Part shown: positions 56,501-64,000 of the stretch, one piece after another | How the letters are laid out: every line of letters begins with the position of its first letter | How positions within the stretch are numbered: the first letter of the stretch is position 1 | NCBI GenBank assembly: GCA_964469155.1 | Contig: CAYXXU010000010.1 | Span: forward strand, 306 to 64,305 | Origin: an uncultured Bacteroidales bacterium | Lineage (GTDB): Bacteria > Bacteroidota > Bacteroidia > Bacteroidales > CAIWKO01 | Reading direction: 5' to 3' | Length of the DNA stretch: 64,000 nt | The notes under the pieces: model-generated | The model's input: only the letters and a program-made list of their open reading frames with translations | Databases searched by the model: none | What the model was told of the DNA's origin: nothing | Position numbers and translations under genes: made by a program

Positions 56501-56699
56501 TTTTATTTTTCCAGTATGTATTAAAAGCGCTCTGAGCAGCAGTAAAGTCAACATCCGGGTCCTGTATCATTTCGAGCCACGATTTGCTGCCGGAATGCTG
56601 CACTAAATTGTCTTTTTTGGTTTGACTTATGACATGATTGCTTATTAGAAAAGCAAAAATCAGTATGAAATTCCTTATAAGACGCGCTGTAATATTCAT
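50547..56699 (-). CDS. giant secreted surface protein: BNR/sortilin-like propeller, Fn3, adhesin-like module, long beta-helix-like region, Ig-like Cys-rich modules, C-terminal dockerin-like VIRP module
   Basis: 2050 aa.
- The N-terminal ~770 aa are paralogous to 6026-8560 (shared YKVFKRWEY motif and Asp-boxes such as TTDAGLTW, SIDGGASW, TINGGSSW, TTDGGLSF, SSDKGISW).
- Then Fn3-like (DITVSATGTSQIDLTWTQ) and an adhesin-like module (PFTESFDGSSIPDCW).
- Then ~700 aa of G/T/N-rich beta-helix-like repeats, followed by Cys-containing Ig-like modules.
- The last ~194 aa are KTLNLKLFLEGLY ... HRNSIETWSA ... GDPTQDGIVDGSDM ... EDVNGDGIVDGSDM ... PPPVYVIRP. Confidence 0.85.
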   Translation of the reverse strand: MNITARLIRNFILIFAFLISNHVISQTKKDNLVQHSGSKSWLEMIQDPDVDFTAAQSAFNTYWKNKSNYKGNGYKVFKRWEYINESRVLPNGKLQAPGYVSNEYNKYMQTQLPNKSATGTWTLVGPDSYPANATVQPTGMGRVNALAFHPTDANTIYVGSPSGGFWKTTDAGLTWINLSNDLPKLGVSSILIHPTNPDIIYIGSGDRDAGDAPGMGVFKSIDGGASWSQINSTMGDVTVGAMLMHPTDPNIILAATKTGVYKTINGGSSWSLKQAGDFRDIKYKPGDPSIVYAALFSSNGSKFYRSADGGELWTNISEGNSLGPRMVIGVSAANPSLVVLLKTGPYQSFSSLGTSTDNGLHFTNITQSSYKNLMGYMCDGTDASSQAVYDMCMAIDPTDVNTIYIGGINIWKTTDGGLSFSIVAHWEGSSYSTCGAASVHADHHCLEWSPHTARLFTGNDGGVHWTGNSGSSWSEISSGLAIAQVYKIGQSKTHAGYVMLGEQDNGSAFADNGNLTTVIGGDGMECLIDPTDANYRYVSNQSGAIYRSTGSTYNYITGGAVWVNNAWVTPYTLHETNPNTMFLGYQSIQRCLNVKSAVSQITWEEISPSGDVVRVLEQSPANVDVMYGVRNGAIIRSDNVNASAGSVSWTQCALPLGLTPTDMEAHPNDANIVFATAGYKVFKSSDKGISWTDISGNLPPLFINCVVYDKNSDEGLYIGNQTGVWFKDANMPNWVLYSQGLPPVDIRELEIYYDPSNASNNRIKAATYGRGLWQSDLIEYTVIDPSDITVSATGTSQIDLTWTQNSNNNDVMVVWSAAPTFGIPVNGASYSAGNTISGGGTVLYSGSLTSFNHTGLTTNVVYHYKIWSVDGSLNYSSGTMVSAQTMCSIYTAPFTESFDGSSIPDCWTQLDQSGIGQVWKSGAFQDGNLPLLNGNYAYLNSFDYGSGFSQNADLITPTINLSANSFVSLTFNHYYRHATGSSASVYYSINNGATWNLISTFSASTTNPAPASFSVPGAAGQSQVKFKWNYSGSYGYYWAIDDIQVSSCTGIWTGATSTAWNVATNWCNNTVPVATTDVYIPAGVSNMPLISSTSNIRCRNITIAEGATLTMSASVGSLLEVAGDWTNHGTFVAGIGTITFNGTNNLQTVKGSAVTNFNKLTLVKGAQDRILEVTSLIGLTNAANPLTLTSGTFKLSSASVITPFTSAVNIVALAGFWNNGGTVTAGAFSWTINGLLRMSAGSINIGTAQDHNLVYNNNSKITIEGGTLNVAGRFYSGGNTTYNQSGGVFTVCKFGSTNTSIAPFDFNAASSFTMSGGSIVIPKASSSTSDYKNLATTNNVTGGTLQIGDAATSGSPIIRIYSTAPIYNLLINETGTPTAYIITSNLTVKNDVTINAGTLWIGTMLLTGGNFINNGSIATGSSITFNGTAPQTHSGTNNSTFYNMTLNNTAGLTLSGYAGINIRNILTLTAGVIKTGQNKISLILTGASVARTSGHVFGNLQKKMATGSNLSKTFETGDSLASMYTPVALTFANISTSGDIMASTQAGDHQVLYASQINNLKTVNRTWTLSNTGTVFTTYDAVFNFPTSDLDNGVNTSNLVCGKYSASNWTYPTMGNKTSNSTQILGVTSFGEFQLGEIGCSQPDVPTLSATSNSICMGSEVSLSVIAGYLNGAETWYWYEGSCGGTPIGTGSSLLVSPTATTTYFARGEGGCAATGICASVEITVNMANAPAGDPLQSFCDEATIAGLQATGNEIKWYDASTGGNLLQPSYVLSTSTLYYASQTIGGCESTSRLEVTAMIYPSYDITENHTISTGQTFTWQGIDYTTAGTYYANYISKHGCDSSFTLNLTVTGSGSKTLNLKLFLEGLYAGGSLMNQAQGDAGPQFAAGIADKVDVALHFNTNPYGIFYEVNDIDLHTDGTLLLSNLPANTTNSYYITIKHRNSIETWSAFPYDFSGQGPFSYDFSIAASQAYGDNQKLMGTVYAIWGGDPTQDGIVDGSDMSVIDNGSQPPILHGYYPEDVNGDGIVDGSDMSMVDNNSAPPPVYVIRP

Positions 56700-56857
56700 A
56701 GTTTACAGAGTTGGGAAATGGTTTGCAAAATGTAAAAATACTGGTATCTATGGATAAAAATATGAATAATTGAAAAAATGAAATTGATATTTGTCAATGT
56801 TGATTCAGCCCAAAATTGTCCATTGAGGATTTTGGGATAATCAAACAGCATCTACGA

Positions 56858-57361
56858 TCAGCCATAAAGGATTTCCAGTATACTGAAAACCCTTTCTTCC
56901 CTGCCCAGTTTTAAAACAGCTTTGTCGCCCTTCTTTTTATTTATCAAGGCTTTGGCCAAAGGCGACAAAAAGGAAATCTTCCCTTTGGATATATCGGCTT
57001 CGTCCACTCCGGTAATCTGAAAGGTTTGAATGGTGTTAGTAGCTTCTATTCTGAAGGTAACTGTGGCTCCGAATCGTATTTCATTCTGGGGTTGTTCTTT
57101 AAGGTCTACTATTTTGGCTTCGGCAATACGCTGGTTGAGCAAATGCAATTTGGCATTGATATGGTTCAGGGCAATGCGTCTCTCGTTTTCGTTGCTTATG
57201 GTCAGTTGTTTTTTTTCGTCGTTCAGCCTTTGTTTTTCTGCAATCAAGGCATCCCAACCCGATGGGGTAACATAATTGGTAACTCCCTTAGGCAGTTCTG
57301 CACGGGGAGGCACCATCGGTATATCTTCCTGGTCGTCTTCTTTTACAAATCCTCTGCTCAT
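56858..57361 (-). CDS. GreA/GreB-family transcription elongation factor-like protein
   Basis: 167 aa with an N-terminal coiled-coil-like region. The C-terminal GreA/B domain is visible (IRFGATVTFRIEATN ... ISFLSPLAKALINKKKGDKAVL). Confidence 0.7.
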   Translation of the reverse strand: MSRGFVKEDDQEDIPMVPPRAELPKGVTNYVTPSGWDALIAEKQRLNDEKKQLTISNENERRIALNHINAKLHLLNQRIAEAKIVDLKEQPQNEIRFGATVTFRIEATNTIQTFQITGVDEADISKGKISFLSPLAKALINKKKGDKAVLKLGREERVFSILEILYG

Positions 57362-57491
57362 TGATGGTCAGTTTTAATTATGGCGCTGCTGATGGATAGC
57401 AGGATAACATAAGCTCAAAATTAATAATTTTTTTCAGCTTCTGGCCTTTAGTGAAAACTTAAAAATATCAAAATAAGACAAGGTAGAAAAA

Positions 57492-57602
57492 TTAACCGCG
57501 AATCCTTCGCGGCGGACGCAAAGATAAGATACGCGAAGTTCGCAAAGAAATCTTTGCGCACTTTTCGTACTTTGCGCAAAACTTTGCGTTCTTAGCGGTT
57601 AA
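57492..57602. repeat. 111-bp palindromic REP/MITE-like element, CGCAAAG type
   Basis: The terminal inverted repeat is TTAACCGC (57492-57499) / GCGGTTAA (57595-57602). The interior is made of CGCAAAG and CTTTGCG words in opposing orientation (GCGAAGTTCGCAAAGAAATCTTTGCGCACTTTTCGTACTTTGCGCAAAACTTTGCG). ORF 57492-57674 is a translation artefact of it. Confidence 0.75.
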
Positions 57603-57694
57603 AAAAAATAATACCCTTATATTGTGTTTGAACGCAACTTGCCCTGATGTTGCTCGTTTTAGTCGCACTCCCAATACAAGATGCCCGAAAGGTA

Positions 57695-58396
57695 CTATTT
57701 GGCCAGTTCCAAAGCTTTGGGATACAAAATATTATTTTCCAGATGCACGTGAATCTGTAGGTCGTCAGCAAAACGTTTCAGCAGTTTATAGGTAAGGGTA
57801 TATGTGCTGCAGCCATCGGGCGGAACAGCGTAATCATTGGTCAGGTCGCTGATCACATCCAAAACACTGCCGGCATATTCGTGCTCGGTTTTCATTATGG
57901 CCATTTCCCTGAGCGTAATAAATTTCGAATCTTTCGATCCCGAGAGTAGCACCTCCTTCAGCGCCGGAAACAAAACCTTTTCTTCATTGATAATATGTCG
58001 TGTAAGCTCAGTATCGACCTTGCCTACCAGATTGGCTATTTCAACAAGTTCCGGATGACGGCTTCCGTGCACTTCGGCTATCTTTCGCGTATAGAAAATA
58101 AGCTGTGGCAAAAGTTCCATCGTGGTTTTATGATGTTCGTTAACGATATGATCGCACAATACATCAAGGGTCCATTCAGAAAAATTATAGCCAGAATCGC
58201 TTTCAGTCGAAGCCAGTTCTGTCAGTTCCCTTTCAATGGGTTCAACATCAATGTTTTTATCTGCACAGGCATCTGCTAATGTTTCATATCCACCGCAGCA
58301 GAAATCAATACCTGCTTTTTTAAAAATTTCGATCGAGCGAAAATCTTTTGCCACAATATCGCCCACCTTCATTGATTTATAGTTGTTTTCTATCAC
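57695..58396 (-). CDS. ric: iron-sulfur cluster repair di-iron protein (RIC; ScdA/YtfE family), copy 1
   Basis: 233 aa with the ScdA_N motif (VGDIVAKDFRSIEIFKKAGIDFCCGG). A hemerythrin-like four-helix domain follows, with His/Glu ligand motifs (HIVNEHH, HPEL, NEEKVLFPA, HLENNILYP). Confidence 0.85.
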   Translation of the reverse strand: MIENNYKSMKVGDIVAKDFRSIEIFKKAGIDFCCGGYETLADACADKNIDVEPIERELTELASTESDSGYNFSEWTLDVLCDHIVNEHHKTTMELLPQLIFYTRKIAEVHGSRHPELVEIANLVGKVDTELTRHIINEEKVLFPALKEVLLSGSKDSKFITLREMAIMKTEHEYAGSVLDVISDLTNDYAVPPDGCSTYTLTYKLLKRFADDLQIHVHLENNILYPKALELAK

Positions 58397-58482
58397 AGTT
58401 CTTTTTTTAGATCGTTACATATACTGATTTATGTGTGAAGGAAATACTTTGGTACAATGATGATTTTTATGCCAAAGGATCA

Positions 58483-59175
58483 TTATTCTACTATTTTAAA
58501 ATTAAATGCTCCTTTCTTCAATACGCCCATCAGGTTTATCCATAAAGGCAAAAGGGCTTCGGTGCCTCTGGCTGATGATATTCCTCCAAGGTCGATGAGG
58601 TTTTCTTCTTTCCATCCGAATTCTTTCAATACGCTTTTAACCAAGGCTTTTGCACCTTCGTCGTTCCCACAAATAAAATTCACATGTTCTTTATTCCCAA
58701 TCATACCTGGGTTAACCATAAGTCCGCACCACATGGTGTTTAGTGTTTTCACTACTTTGGCTTCCGGAAATACTTTTTGAATTTCTTCCCCTAACGAATG
58801 GGTATTACTCAATTCAGGTACAAGGCTGGGAGGCATACCTTTACTGAAATCGAGCGGATTGGCAATATCAACCAGCACTTTTCCATCCAGATTTTTATGG
58901 CCGGCCAGTTTTAATGCATCAATCGATAGAAATCCCTTGGTGGCATTAAATACTATTTCGCCAAATGCAGCAGTTTCGGCAAATGTTCCGAGCTTAACCT
59001 GGGAGTTGGCTGCGTACCATTCAGAAAACGAAGGGTTGCCATATGAATCTTTTTCGGTACTCGCCAGTTTATCGGCTACATTTCGTGTACCCATCATTAC
59101 ATCGTGTCCAACTTCAAGCAGTTTTAATGCCAAAGTTTGGCCCACGGTTCCAGTTCCTATTATTGCTATTTTCAT
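58483..59175 (-). CDS. NADP oxidoreductase, coenzyme F420-dependent family (NpdG-like)
   Basis: 230 aa with an N-terminal Rossmann motif (MKIAIIGTGTVGQTLALKLLEVGHDVMMGTRN). Family assignment rests on length and overall pattern only. Confidence 0.6.
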   Translation of the reverse strand: MKIAIIGTGTVGQTLALKLLEVGHDVMMGTRNVADKLASTEKDSYGNPSFSEWYAANSQVKLGTFAETAAFGEIVFNATKGFLSIDALKLAGHKNLDGKVLVDIANPLDFSKGMPPSLVPELSNTHSLGEEIQKVFPEAKVVKTLNTMWCGLMVNPGMIGNKEHVNFICGNDEGAKALVKSVLKEFGWKEENLIDLGGISSARGTEALLPLWINLMGVLKKGAFNFKIVE

Positions 59176-59224
59176 GGTGTTATGTTTTTGTTTTTATCTA
59201 TAATATTTTTTAAACAAAATTAAT

Positions 59225-59232
59225 CATATTTG
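59225..59232 (-). promoter_or_regulatory. candidate -7 promoter box for 58483-59175
   Basis: Minus-strand TAATTTTG (TAnnTTTG) lies about 50 nt upstream of the ATG at 59175. Confidence 0.3.
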
Positions 59233-59311
59233 AACAAAATTGCAAATAAAATGGAATGATTCTTAATAACAGGAACCGAAAAGTGCTGCCAGTATAATTG
59301 ATTTTCCCGGA

Positions 59312-60022
59312 TCAGTGGCTTTGTTTGGCCAGTTCCAAAGCCTTAGGATACAAAATATTGTTTTCGAGATGAACGTGAATATGAAGATCGTCCTCAAACT
59401 GTTCCAACAGTTTAAAACAAATGCTGTAAGTATTGCAGGCATCAGGAGGTACCATATAGTTTATGCTTAAACGGTTTATGGTGTCCATGGCTCCGCCTGC
59501 AAATTCGTGTTCGCCTTTCATGCGGGTTATTTCCGAAACGATCACCTTCTTTGCTTCATCCGATTTTGTGCGCATGGCTTCTTTGATGGCCGGAAACAGC
59601 ACTTCTTCTTCGTTCCTGAGATGTTGTTGCAATTCGGTATTGATCTGATCGAAAAGTTTTGCAATTTCTATCAGTTCCGGATGATGCGAGCCATGCACCT
59701 CAGCAATCTTTTCTGTATAAAATGGCAATTGCGGTAACAGTTTTGCAACGGTTTTGTGGTGCGTATTGACTATATAATCGCAGAGAAAATCCAATTCCCA
59801 TTCCTTGAAATTGTGTGAAGAATCCGTTTCGGTTTGTTCAAGCTCCCCGAGCTTTGTTTCAAGAACTGTAATATCGATCTTTTTCTCCTCACAAGCTTCC
59901 TGCATGCTTTGATTGCCGCCGCAACAGAAATCGATGCCAGCCTGTTTAAATATCTCAGCCGCGCGGAAATCATTTGCCACTATCTCGCCTATTTTCATTG
60001 CCCTATACTTATTCTGTTCCAT
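59312..60022 (-). CDS. ric: iron-sulfur cluster repair di-iron protein (RIC; ScdA/YtfE family), copy 2
   Basis: 236 aa and collinear with copy 1 (IGEIVANDFRAAEIFKQAGIDFCCGG ... YIVNTHH ... NEEEVLFPA ... HLENNILYPKALELAK). The 3-prime ends of the two genes are also similar at the DNA level. Confidence 0.85.
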   Translation of the reverse strand: MEQNKYRAMKIGEIVANDFRAAEIFKQAGIDFCCGGNQSMQEACEEKKIDITVLETKLGELEQTETDSSHNFKEWELDFLCDYIVNTHHKTVAKLLPQLPFYTEKIAEVHGSHHPELIEIAKLFDQINTELQQHLRNEEEVLFPAIKEAMRTKSDEAKKVIVSEITRMKGEHEFAGGAMDTINRLSINYMVPPDACNTYSICFKLLEQFEDDLHIHVHLENNILYPKALELAKQSH

Positions 60023-60064
60023 AATGATATTAGTAAAGTTTCAATTTCTATTGGTAATATCCTG

Positions 60065-60592
60065 CTATGACGCTTTATAAAAATAGATGAAGTAAAGTTC
60101 TTCACTTTCTTTCACTATCCAGTGCTGAACCTGCAAACTCGTAGCTTTGTCAATGAGAGGAGCCGGTAAAAAAGGTGCAATAAGTTTATAGATCGTATCG
60201 CCGGGCAATACATTCAGATCGGCCATTACCTGTGCTACAGGATGTTCACCTGCTGCCAGCATGGCTCTAACATCCAGTTCCTGTTTAATTTTTTCTTCGC
60301 CAAACCAGGCGGGTTTTGTTGTGTTGTACATGGTATCTTTTGTTTCAGTTAATATTTCTTGTCCAACTTCTTTTCTTAGAATATTGATGAGGTCGCCCAC
60401 ATTTACATTTCCTATGCTGGCGGCCTGCTGCAAGGATGTGATGCGTGCCACAGTATTTCTCAGCAAGGGATTTTTGAGTTTCTTAAAGGCAGGCACATAG
60501 CCTATCAGAACATCTTCGAGTTGCGGATAGGTTTCTATAAGCTGCAGCACCTTGGTTTTAGGTGTGATGATTAGTTTATTATTTGTTTCCAT
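60065..60592 (-). CDS. DUF1858 plus DUF2249 domain protein
   Basis: ORF 60065-60649. I prefer the start METNNKLIITPKTKV (ATG 60592), which avoids overlap with the upstream gene. It has a DUF1858-like N-terminus (VLQLIETYPQLEDVLIGYVPAFKKLKNPLLRNTVARITSLQQAA) and a DUF2249-like C-terminus (LDVRAMLAAGEHPVAQVMADLNVLPGDTIYKLIAPFLPAPL). Confidence 0.65.
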   Translation of the reverse strand: METNNKLIITPKTKVLQLIETYPQLEDVLIGYVPAFKKLKNPLLRNTVARITSLQQAASIGNVNVGDLINILRKEVGQEILTETKDTMYNTTKPAWFGEEKIKQELDVRAMLAAGEHPVAQVMADLNVLPGDTIYKLIAPFLPAPLIDKATSLQVQHWIVKESEELYFIYFYKAS

Positions 60593-60599
60593 AATTCGG

Positions 60600-61829
60600 T
60601 TATTTATAAGATAAAATTCGTTGTTCGCCTTGCAGCTCGCGATATACATTCACATTGTGCGAAACTTCCAGGGTTCCCATATATTCGCCGGATTCGTTGC
60701 GCAGGGCAAAGTACTCAATGTGTATCATTTTGCCACCCATGTTGATCCAGAAAGGTGCACGCGTTTGTTTGCCGCTTCTGAAATCTTCTATGATCTTATC
60801 TACTATATGGGCACTGGCCGGGGGATGGCAATGACGCACATCGCGGTTCAGTATGGCACGGTTGCGTTGAAATATGCGCTCGGCTCCCTGTGAGAAATAT
60901 TTGACTTTATCGTCTTTATCCACAAAAGTGATATCCAGTGGCAGGGTATTCAATATGCTCAGCAACTCTTCTGCCGAAAAACTTCCCGAAGGCAATTGGA
61001 TGTGACTGCCTGATTTTTGTGCATCGTTTATGGATACTTCGGCGGCCCATTCTGGTTTCCAGGTAACTTTCGGGTCGTAAAGGCAATACCCGATTTCAAG
61101 CGATTGTTTGCTGATCTCGTACCAATCGGCTTCGGTAAGTTTATCCATAGCCATGGGGAAGAGTATTTCTTCCTCTTTAGGTATCATTTCGTTTACACCT
61201 TTCACGGCGGGTGTCAGCACCATCTCGCTCGAAGCAATGAATTCTTCCAATGACATTTCGGGGGTTTGCAGAATTTCTATGCTGCCTTTAATCAGTTCGC
61301 GAATCTCGTCGTGTTTTCCCCACATCACCTTGGGAGGCCCTGTGATACCTTGTTTTTCGAGATAAGGGAACAAGAGGTATTCTTTACGCTGATAATGTTT
61401 ATCGACGTCCAACAGGTTGTTGAACATACCTCTCAGTTTTATGATTTCCGGCTTAAGGTCAGCAGGAGGATTGCTTTCAATACCCATGATGGTCGACAGT
61501 ATTTGAACCACCACCAGTTTCAGTTCTTTGTTTTCCTGTTTCATTACATCCACAGGGTGACCTTCGGGTATATGTTTTGCTCCGGAAACATCTATTTTGC
61601 CTTCCAAAACTGCGGTGTGAGCATCGCATAGATCCAGTATTTCCGATTCCGGCAATCCTTCTGCTATCAGTTCCTGCTCCACTTCCACCACTTCGCCATA
61701 GGGAATATTGCTCAGGGCATAGAGCAATTCGTTTTTAAGTTCTTCCTGTTTTTCACCATTATGCAATCTCAGCAATATGGTCTTTAGTTTGTCTTTTCTT
61801 TCTTTTGAGTTGTTGATTAATTCGCTCAT
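60600..61829 (-). CDS. DUF438 family protein (hemerythrin-like plus C-terminal PAS domain)
   Basis: 409 aa with a DUF438-type N-terminus (EVVEVEQELIAEGLPESEILDLCDAH). The hemerythrin-like middle has KEYLLFPYLE and EEEILFPMA. The C-terminus is PAS (LPLDITFVDKDDKVKYFSQG ... RDVRHCHPPASAHIVDKII). Confidence 0.75.
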   Translation of the reverse strand: MSELINNSKERKDKLKTILLRLHNGEKQEELKNELLYALSNIPYGEVVEVEQELIAEGLPESEILDLCDAHTAVLEGKIDVSGAKHIPEGHPVDVMKQENKELKLVVVQILSTIMGIESNPPADLKPEIIKLRGMFNNLLDVDKHYQRKEYLLFPYLEKQGITGPPKVMWGKHDEIRELIKGSIEILQTPEMSLEEFIASSEMVLTPAVKGVNEMIPKEEEILFPMAMDKLTEADWYEISKQSLEIGYCLYDPKVTWKPEWAAEVSINDAQKSGSHIQLPSGSFSAEELLSILNTLPLDITFVDKDDKVKYFSQGAERIFQRNRAILNRDVRHCHPPASAHIVDKIIEDFRSGKQTRAPFWINMGGKMIHIEYFALRNESGEYMGTLEVSHNVNVYRELQGEQRILSYK

Positions 61830-61883
61830 TGTATTATAATTTAAAATTGTGATTCATTTTTACATCAGGATTGCTCCAAGTTT

Positions 61884-62438
61884 TTATTTCAGATATATGT
61901 CTTTAAGTCTGACCAAAAGCTGATGATATCCACCATAATGACTGATACCGATATTCTCTTCCTCAACTTTTTCGAAGGCATCAAATATTTTCTGTTGTTC
62001 TTCTTCATTCAATACCTTTTCAGCCATTTTGAAAAGTATGTTATTCTCTTTTTCAATATGGTTTCTCAGCAGTTGAACATAGTTCAATGCATTTGAAATT
62101 ATTTCGCTGACGGCAGTTTTGTCACCATTTTTATAAGCATCGAATGCGTCGTTCATACCTTTTACATAATTGCGGCCCGACTGATGCTCGTGCAACATAA
62201 CGGCTATAGGCCCCCCTTCATTGGGAACACCCTGTTTCACCATTGCCGGGAATAATATATCTTCCTCCTTATGGTGATGGTTCTTATCGGCAAATCCTTG
62301 GATAAAATCAAGTATACTATCGAAATGTCCGATATTCAATTCTTTGCCTTTTTCAATATCATTGACAATTTTTTCAATGATACTCAGCATGGATTTTATG
62401 CATTCATGCTCATCGATCAATTGCTGTGTTACATTCAT
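61884..62438 (-). CDS. hemerythrin domain-containing protein
   Basis: 184 aa with His/Glu cation-binding motifs (LIDEHECI, HHHKEEDILFPAM, LHEHQSG, HIEKENNILF). Confidence 0.8.
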   Translation of the reverse strand: MNVTQQLIDEHECIKSMLSIIEKIVNDIEKGKELNIGHFDSILDFIQGFADKNHHHKEEDILFPAMVKQGVPNEGGPIAVMLHEHQSGRNYVKGMNDAFDAYKNGDKTAVSEIISNALNYVQLLRNHIEKENNILFKMAEKVLNEEEQQKIFDAFEKVEEENIGISHYGGYHQLLVRLKDIYLK

Positions 62439-62527
62439 ATTTTTACGGATATTAATTTTAACTGATCTTCAGATGCCTCACCCCTTTGGGCAGGGGCAGG
62501 AAGCATCTGAAAACCAGCATTAATTTT

Positions 62528-64000
62528 TTATTCTGTTAATTCTTTCTTTTCAAGCGACCAACCTGTTTTCAGTCCAATAATAAACCAGGCAAGGGCAATG
62601 GTGCCTATAGCAAAAATGGTATCACCAAATAAACGCATCCATTTCAATATCACTATATAATGCTGGTCCAAAAATTCTGCCGACCGGGCATACCACATTC
62701 CATGTTTTACACTGGCAACGGTTTGTGCAATGCCCACAGGAAGCACACTCAAAAGAACCATTAATATTAAACCAATATTGATAGCCCAGAAAGCTATTTT
62801 AATATACCTGTCTTTCCACTGATACTTTCGGGTCATACCTCTTAATGAGAAAAGCATTAAGGCAATACCCAGCATGCCATACACACCAAACAAAGCCGTG
62901 TGGCCATGAACCGGAGTAGTATTCAGACCCTGCATATAATACAGTGCAATGGGAGGATTGATAAGGAAACCAAACAAACCGGCACCTACGAGGTTCCAGA
63001 AACTGACAGCAATAAAGCACCAGATGGGCCATTTGTATATTTTAATCCACTCAGTCGATTTGCTTAGCTTCCAATTATGGAAAGCTTCAAAACCTATCAA
63101 TACAAGCGGAACCACTTCGAGTGCGCTGAATGAAGCTCCCAATGCTATTATGGCTGTAGGTGTCCCGGCAAAATATAAATGATGAAAGGTCCCGAGAATA
63201 CCACCGGTAAGATAAATTACTGTGGTGAACAGGGCAGCTGTGGTTGCATTGCGTATGCCGACCAAACCAAGTTTAACAAAAATAAAAGCAGTAATTACCG
63301 TAGCAAATACTTCGAAGAATCCTTCTACCCAAAGATGCACTACCCACCATCTCCAGTATTCAGCCACCGAAAGATGGGTTTGACGGCCCCACATCAGTCC
63401 TGCCCCATAAAATGCTGCAATAGCAATGGAGGCTATTATGAAAATGATAAGCAACTGCCTGTTTTCTGCTTTCTGTCTGAGAGCAGGTAAGAGTGCACGG
63501 AACATAAGCACCAACCAGATGATCAATCCTACGAACAGGAATATCTGCCAGAATCTTCCCAGATCAACGTATTCGTATCCCTGGTGACCAAACCAAAAGT
63601 TTTGTATTAAACCAAGTTTCTGCATTACACCCATCCACTGTCCGGCTAAGGAACCCAAGACAATTACCAGCAAAGCTGAAAACAAAAAGTTCACACCCAG
63701 TTTTTGGAATTTGGGTTCATGTCCCGAAACTGCCGGGGCGATATACAAGCCTGTGGCAAGCCATGATGTGGCTATCCAGAAGATAGCAATTTGTACATGC
63801 CAGGTTCTGGAAACTGAATAAGGAAGAATACTACCCAGATCAATTCCATAAAATCCGTTTCCTTCCACACCATAGTGAGCGGTCACAATACCCATTAGTA
63901 CCTGAACCAGTATTAAACCTGTTACCACCCAGAAATATTTCAGGGTTGCTTTCATCGAAGGTGTTGCTATCACACCAAATAACGGATCCTTAGTAGGATA
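62528..64000 (-). CDS. norB: nitric oxide reductase large subunit (NorB/qNOR-type heme-copper oxidase), C-terminal ~490 aa; gene continues beyond the right edge
   Basis: The listed ORF starts at a GTG, but the frame stays open upstream to position 64000 (... YPTKDPLFGVIATPSMK). The protein is polytopic and carries heme-copper oxidase His motifs (WHVQIAIFW, HLWVEGFFEVF, HHLYF, HGHTALFGVYG). Confidence 0.85.
   Translation of the reverse strand, partial: YPTKDPLFGVIATPSMKATLKYFWVVTGLILVQVLMGIVTAHYGVEGNGFYGIDLGSILPYSVSRTWHVQIAIFWIATSWLATGLYIAPAVSGHEPKFQKLGVNFLFSALLVIVLGSLAGQWMGVMQKLGLIQNFWFGHQGYEYVDLGRFWQIFLFVGLIIWLVLMFRALLPALRQKAENRQLLIIFIIASIAIAAFYGAGLMWGRQTHLSVAEYWRWWVVHLWVEGFFEVFATVITAFIFVKLGLVGIRNATTAALFTTVIYLTGGILGTFHHLYFAGTPTAIIALGASFSALEVVPLVLIGFEAFHNWKLSKSTEWIKIYKWPIWCFIAVSFWNLVGAGLFGFLINPPIALYYMQGLNTTPVHGHTALFGVYGMLGIALMLFSLRGMTRKYQWKDRYIKIAFWAINIGLILMVLLSVLPVGIAQTVASVKHGMWYARSAEFLDQHYIVILKWMRLFGDTIFAIGTIALAWFIIGLKTGWSLEKKELTE

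Noticed and set aside
56792-56797. TTGACA hexamer upstream of the giant gene, considered as a -35 box
   Set aside because: Bacteroidota primary promoters do not use the TTGACA/TATAAT pair, and no properly spaced -10 partner was seen.
62455-62510. Hairpin TTCAGATGC ... GCATCTGAA between norB and the hemerythrin gene, considered as a terminator
   Set aside because: No U-run follows it on the minus transcript, and the genes look co-oriented in one cluster. It may be an RNA processing or attenuation structure, but the evidence is too thin to call.

Overview
This looks like a Bacteroidota chromosomal segment. Evidence: one secreted protein with a classical T9SS type-A C-terminal domain, a CarboxypepD_reg-type TonB-dependent receptor, a DUF3857/transglutaminase pair, and TAnnTTTG-type -7 boxes. 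There are about 45 genes, and from 10.8 kb onward all called genes are on the minus strand. No rRNA, tRNA, CRISPR array, transposase or integrase was seen.

**Left part (1-27 kb), mostly housekeeping:** a truncated RelE/ParE toxin-antitoxin pair, uvrA, an ECF sigma factor, nth, a fused aconitase-family dehydratase, a stand-alone EF-G, a YidE/YbjL-type transporter, an SDR, and a PocR-PAS hybrid histidine kinase. A clear TPP riboswitch sits in front of a TonB-dependent receptor plus methyltransferase operon. A Rieske oxygenase and an ArsR regulator follow.

**Middle (27-57 kb), a cell-surface island:**
- a TPR/MORN protein followed by two DUF3857 proteins in an operon
- a 1494-aa multidomain surface protein
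- a three-gene operon of two collagen-like fibre proteins plus a small secreted protein
- an orphan protein
- a TPR histidine kinase with a LuxR-type regulator
- a 2050-aa giant surface protein

Three of these proteins end in the same ~195-aa module. It has two dockerin-like Ca-binding loops and terminates in VIRP. I do not recognise it as either known T9SS C-terminal domain class, and it is my main candidate for something undescribed.

**Right end (57-64 kb), a nitrosative-stress cluster:** two RIC paralogues, DUF1858/DUF2249, DUF438, hemerythrin, and a partial qNOR.

**Intergenic DNA is unusual.** Spacers are built from phase-exact stutter words of 7, 10 and 15 bp. There are also three unrelated 21-bp arrays and a 43-bp x4 array.

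All calls come from reading the sequence and the ORF track. No database search was run.
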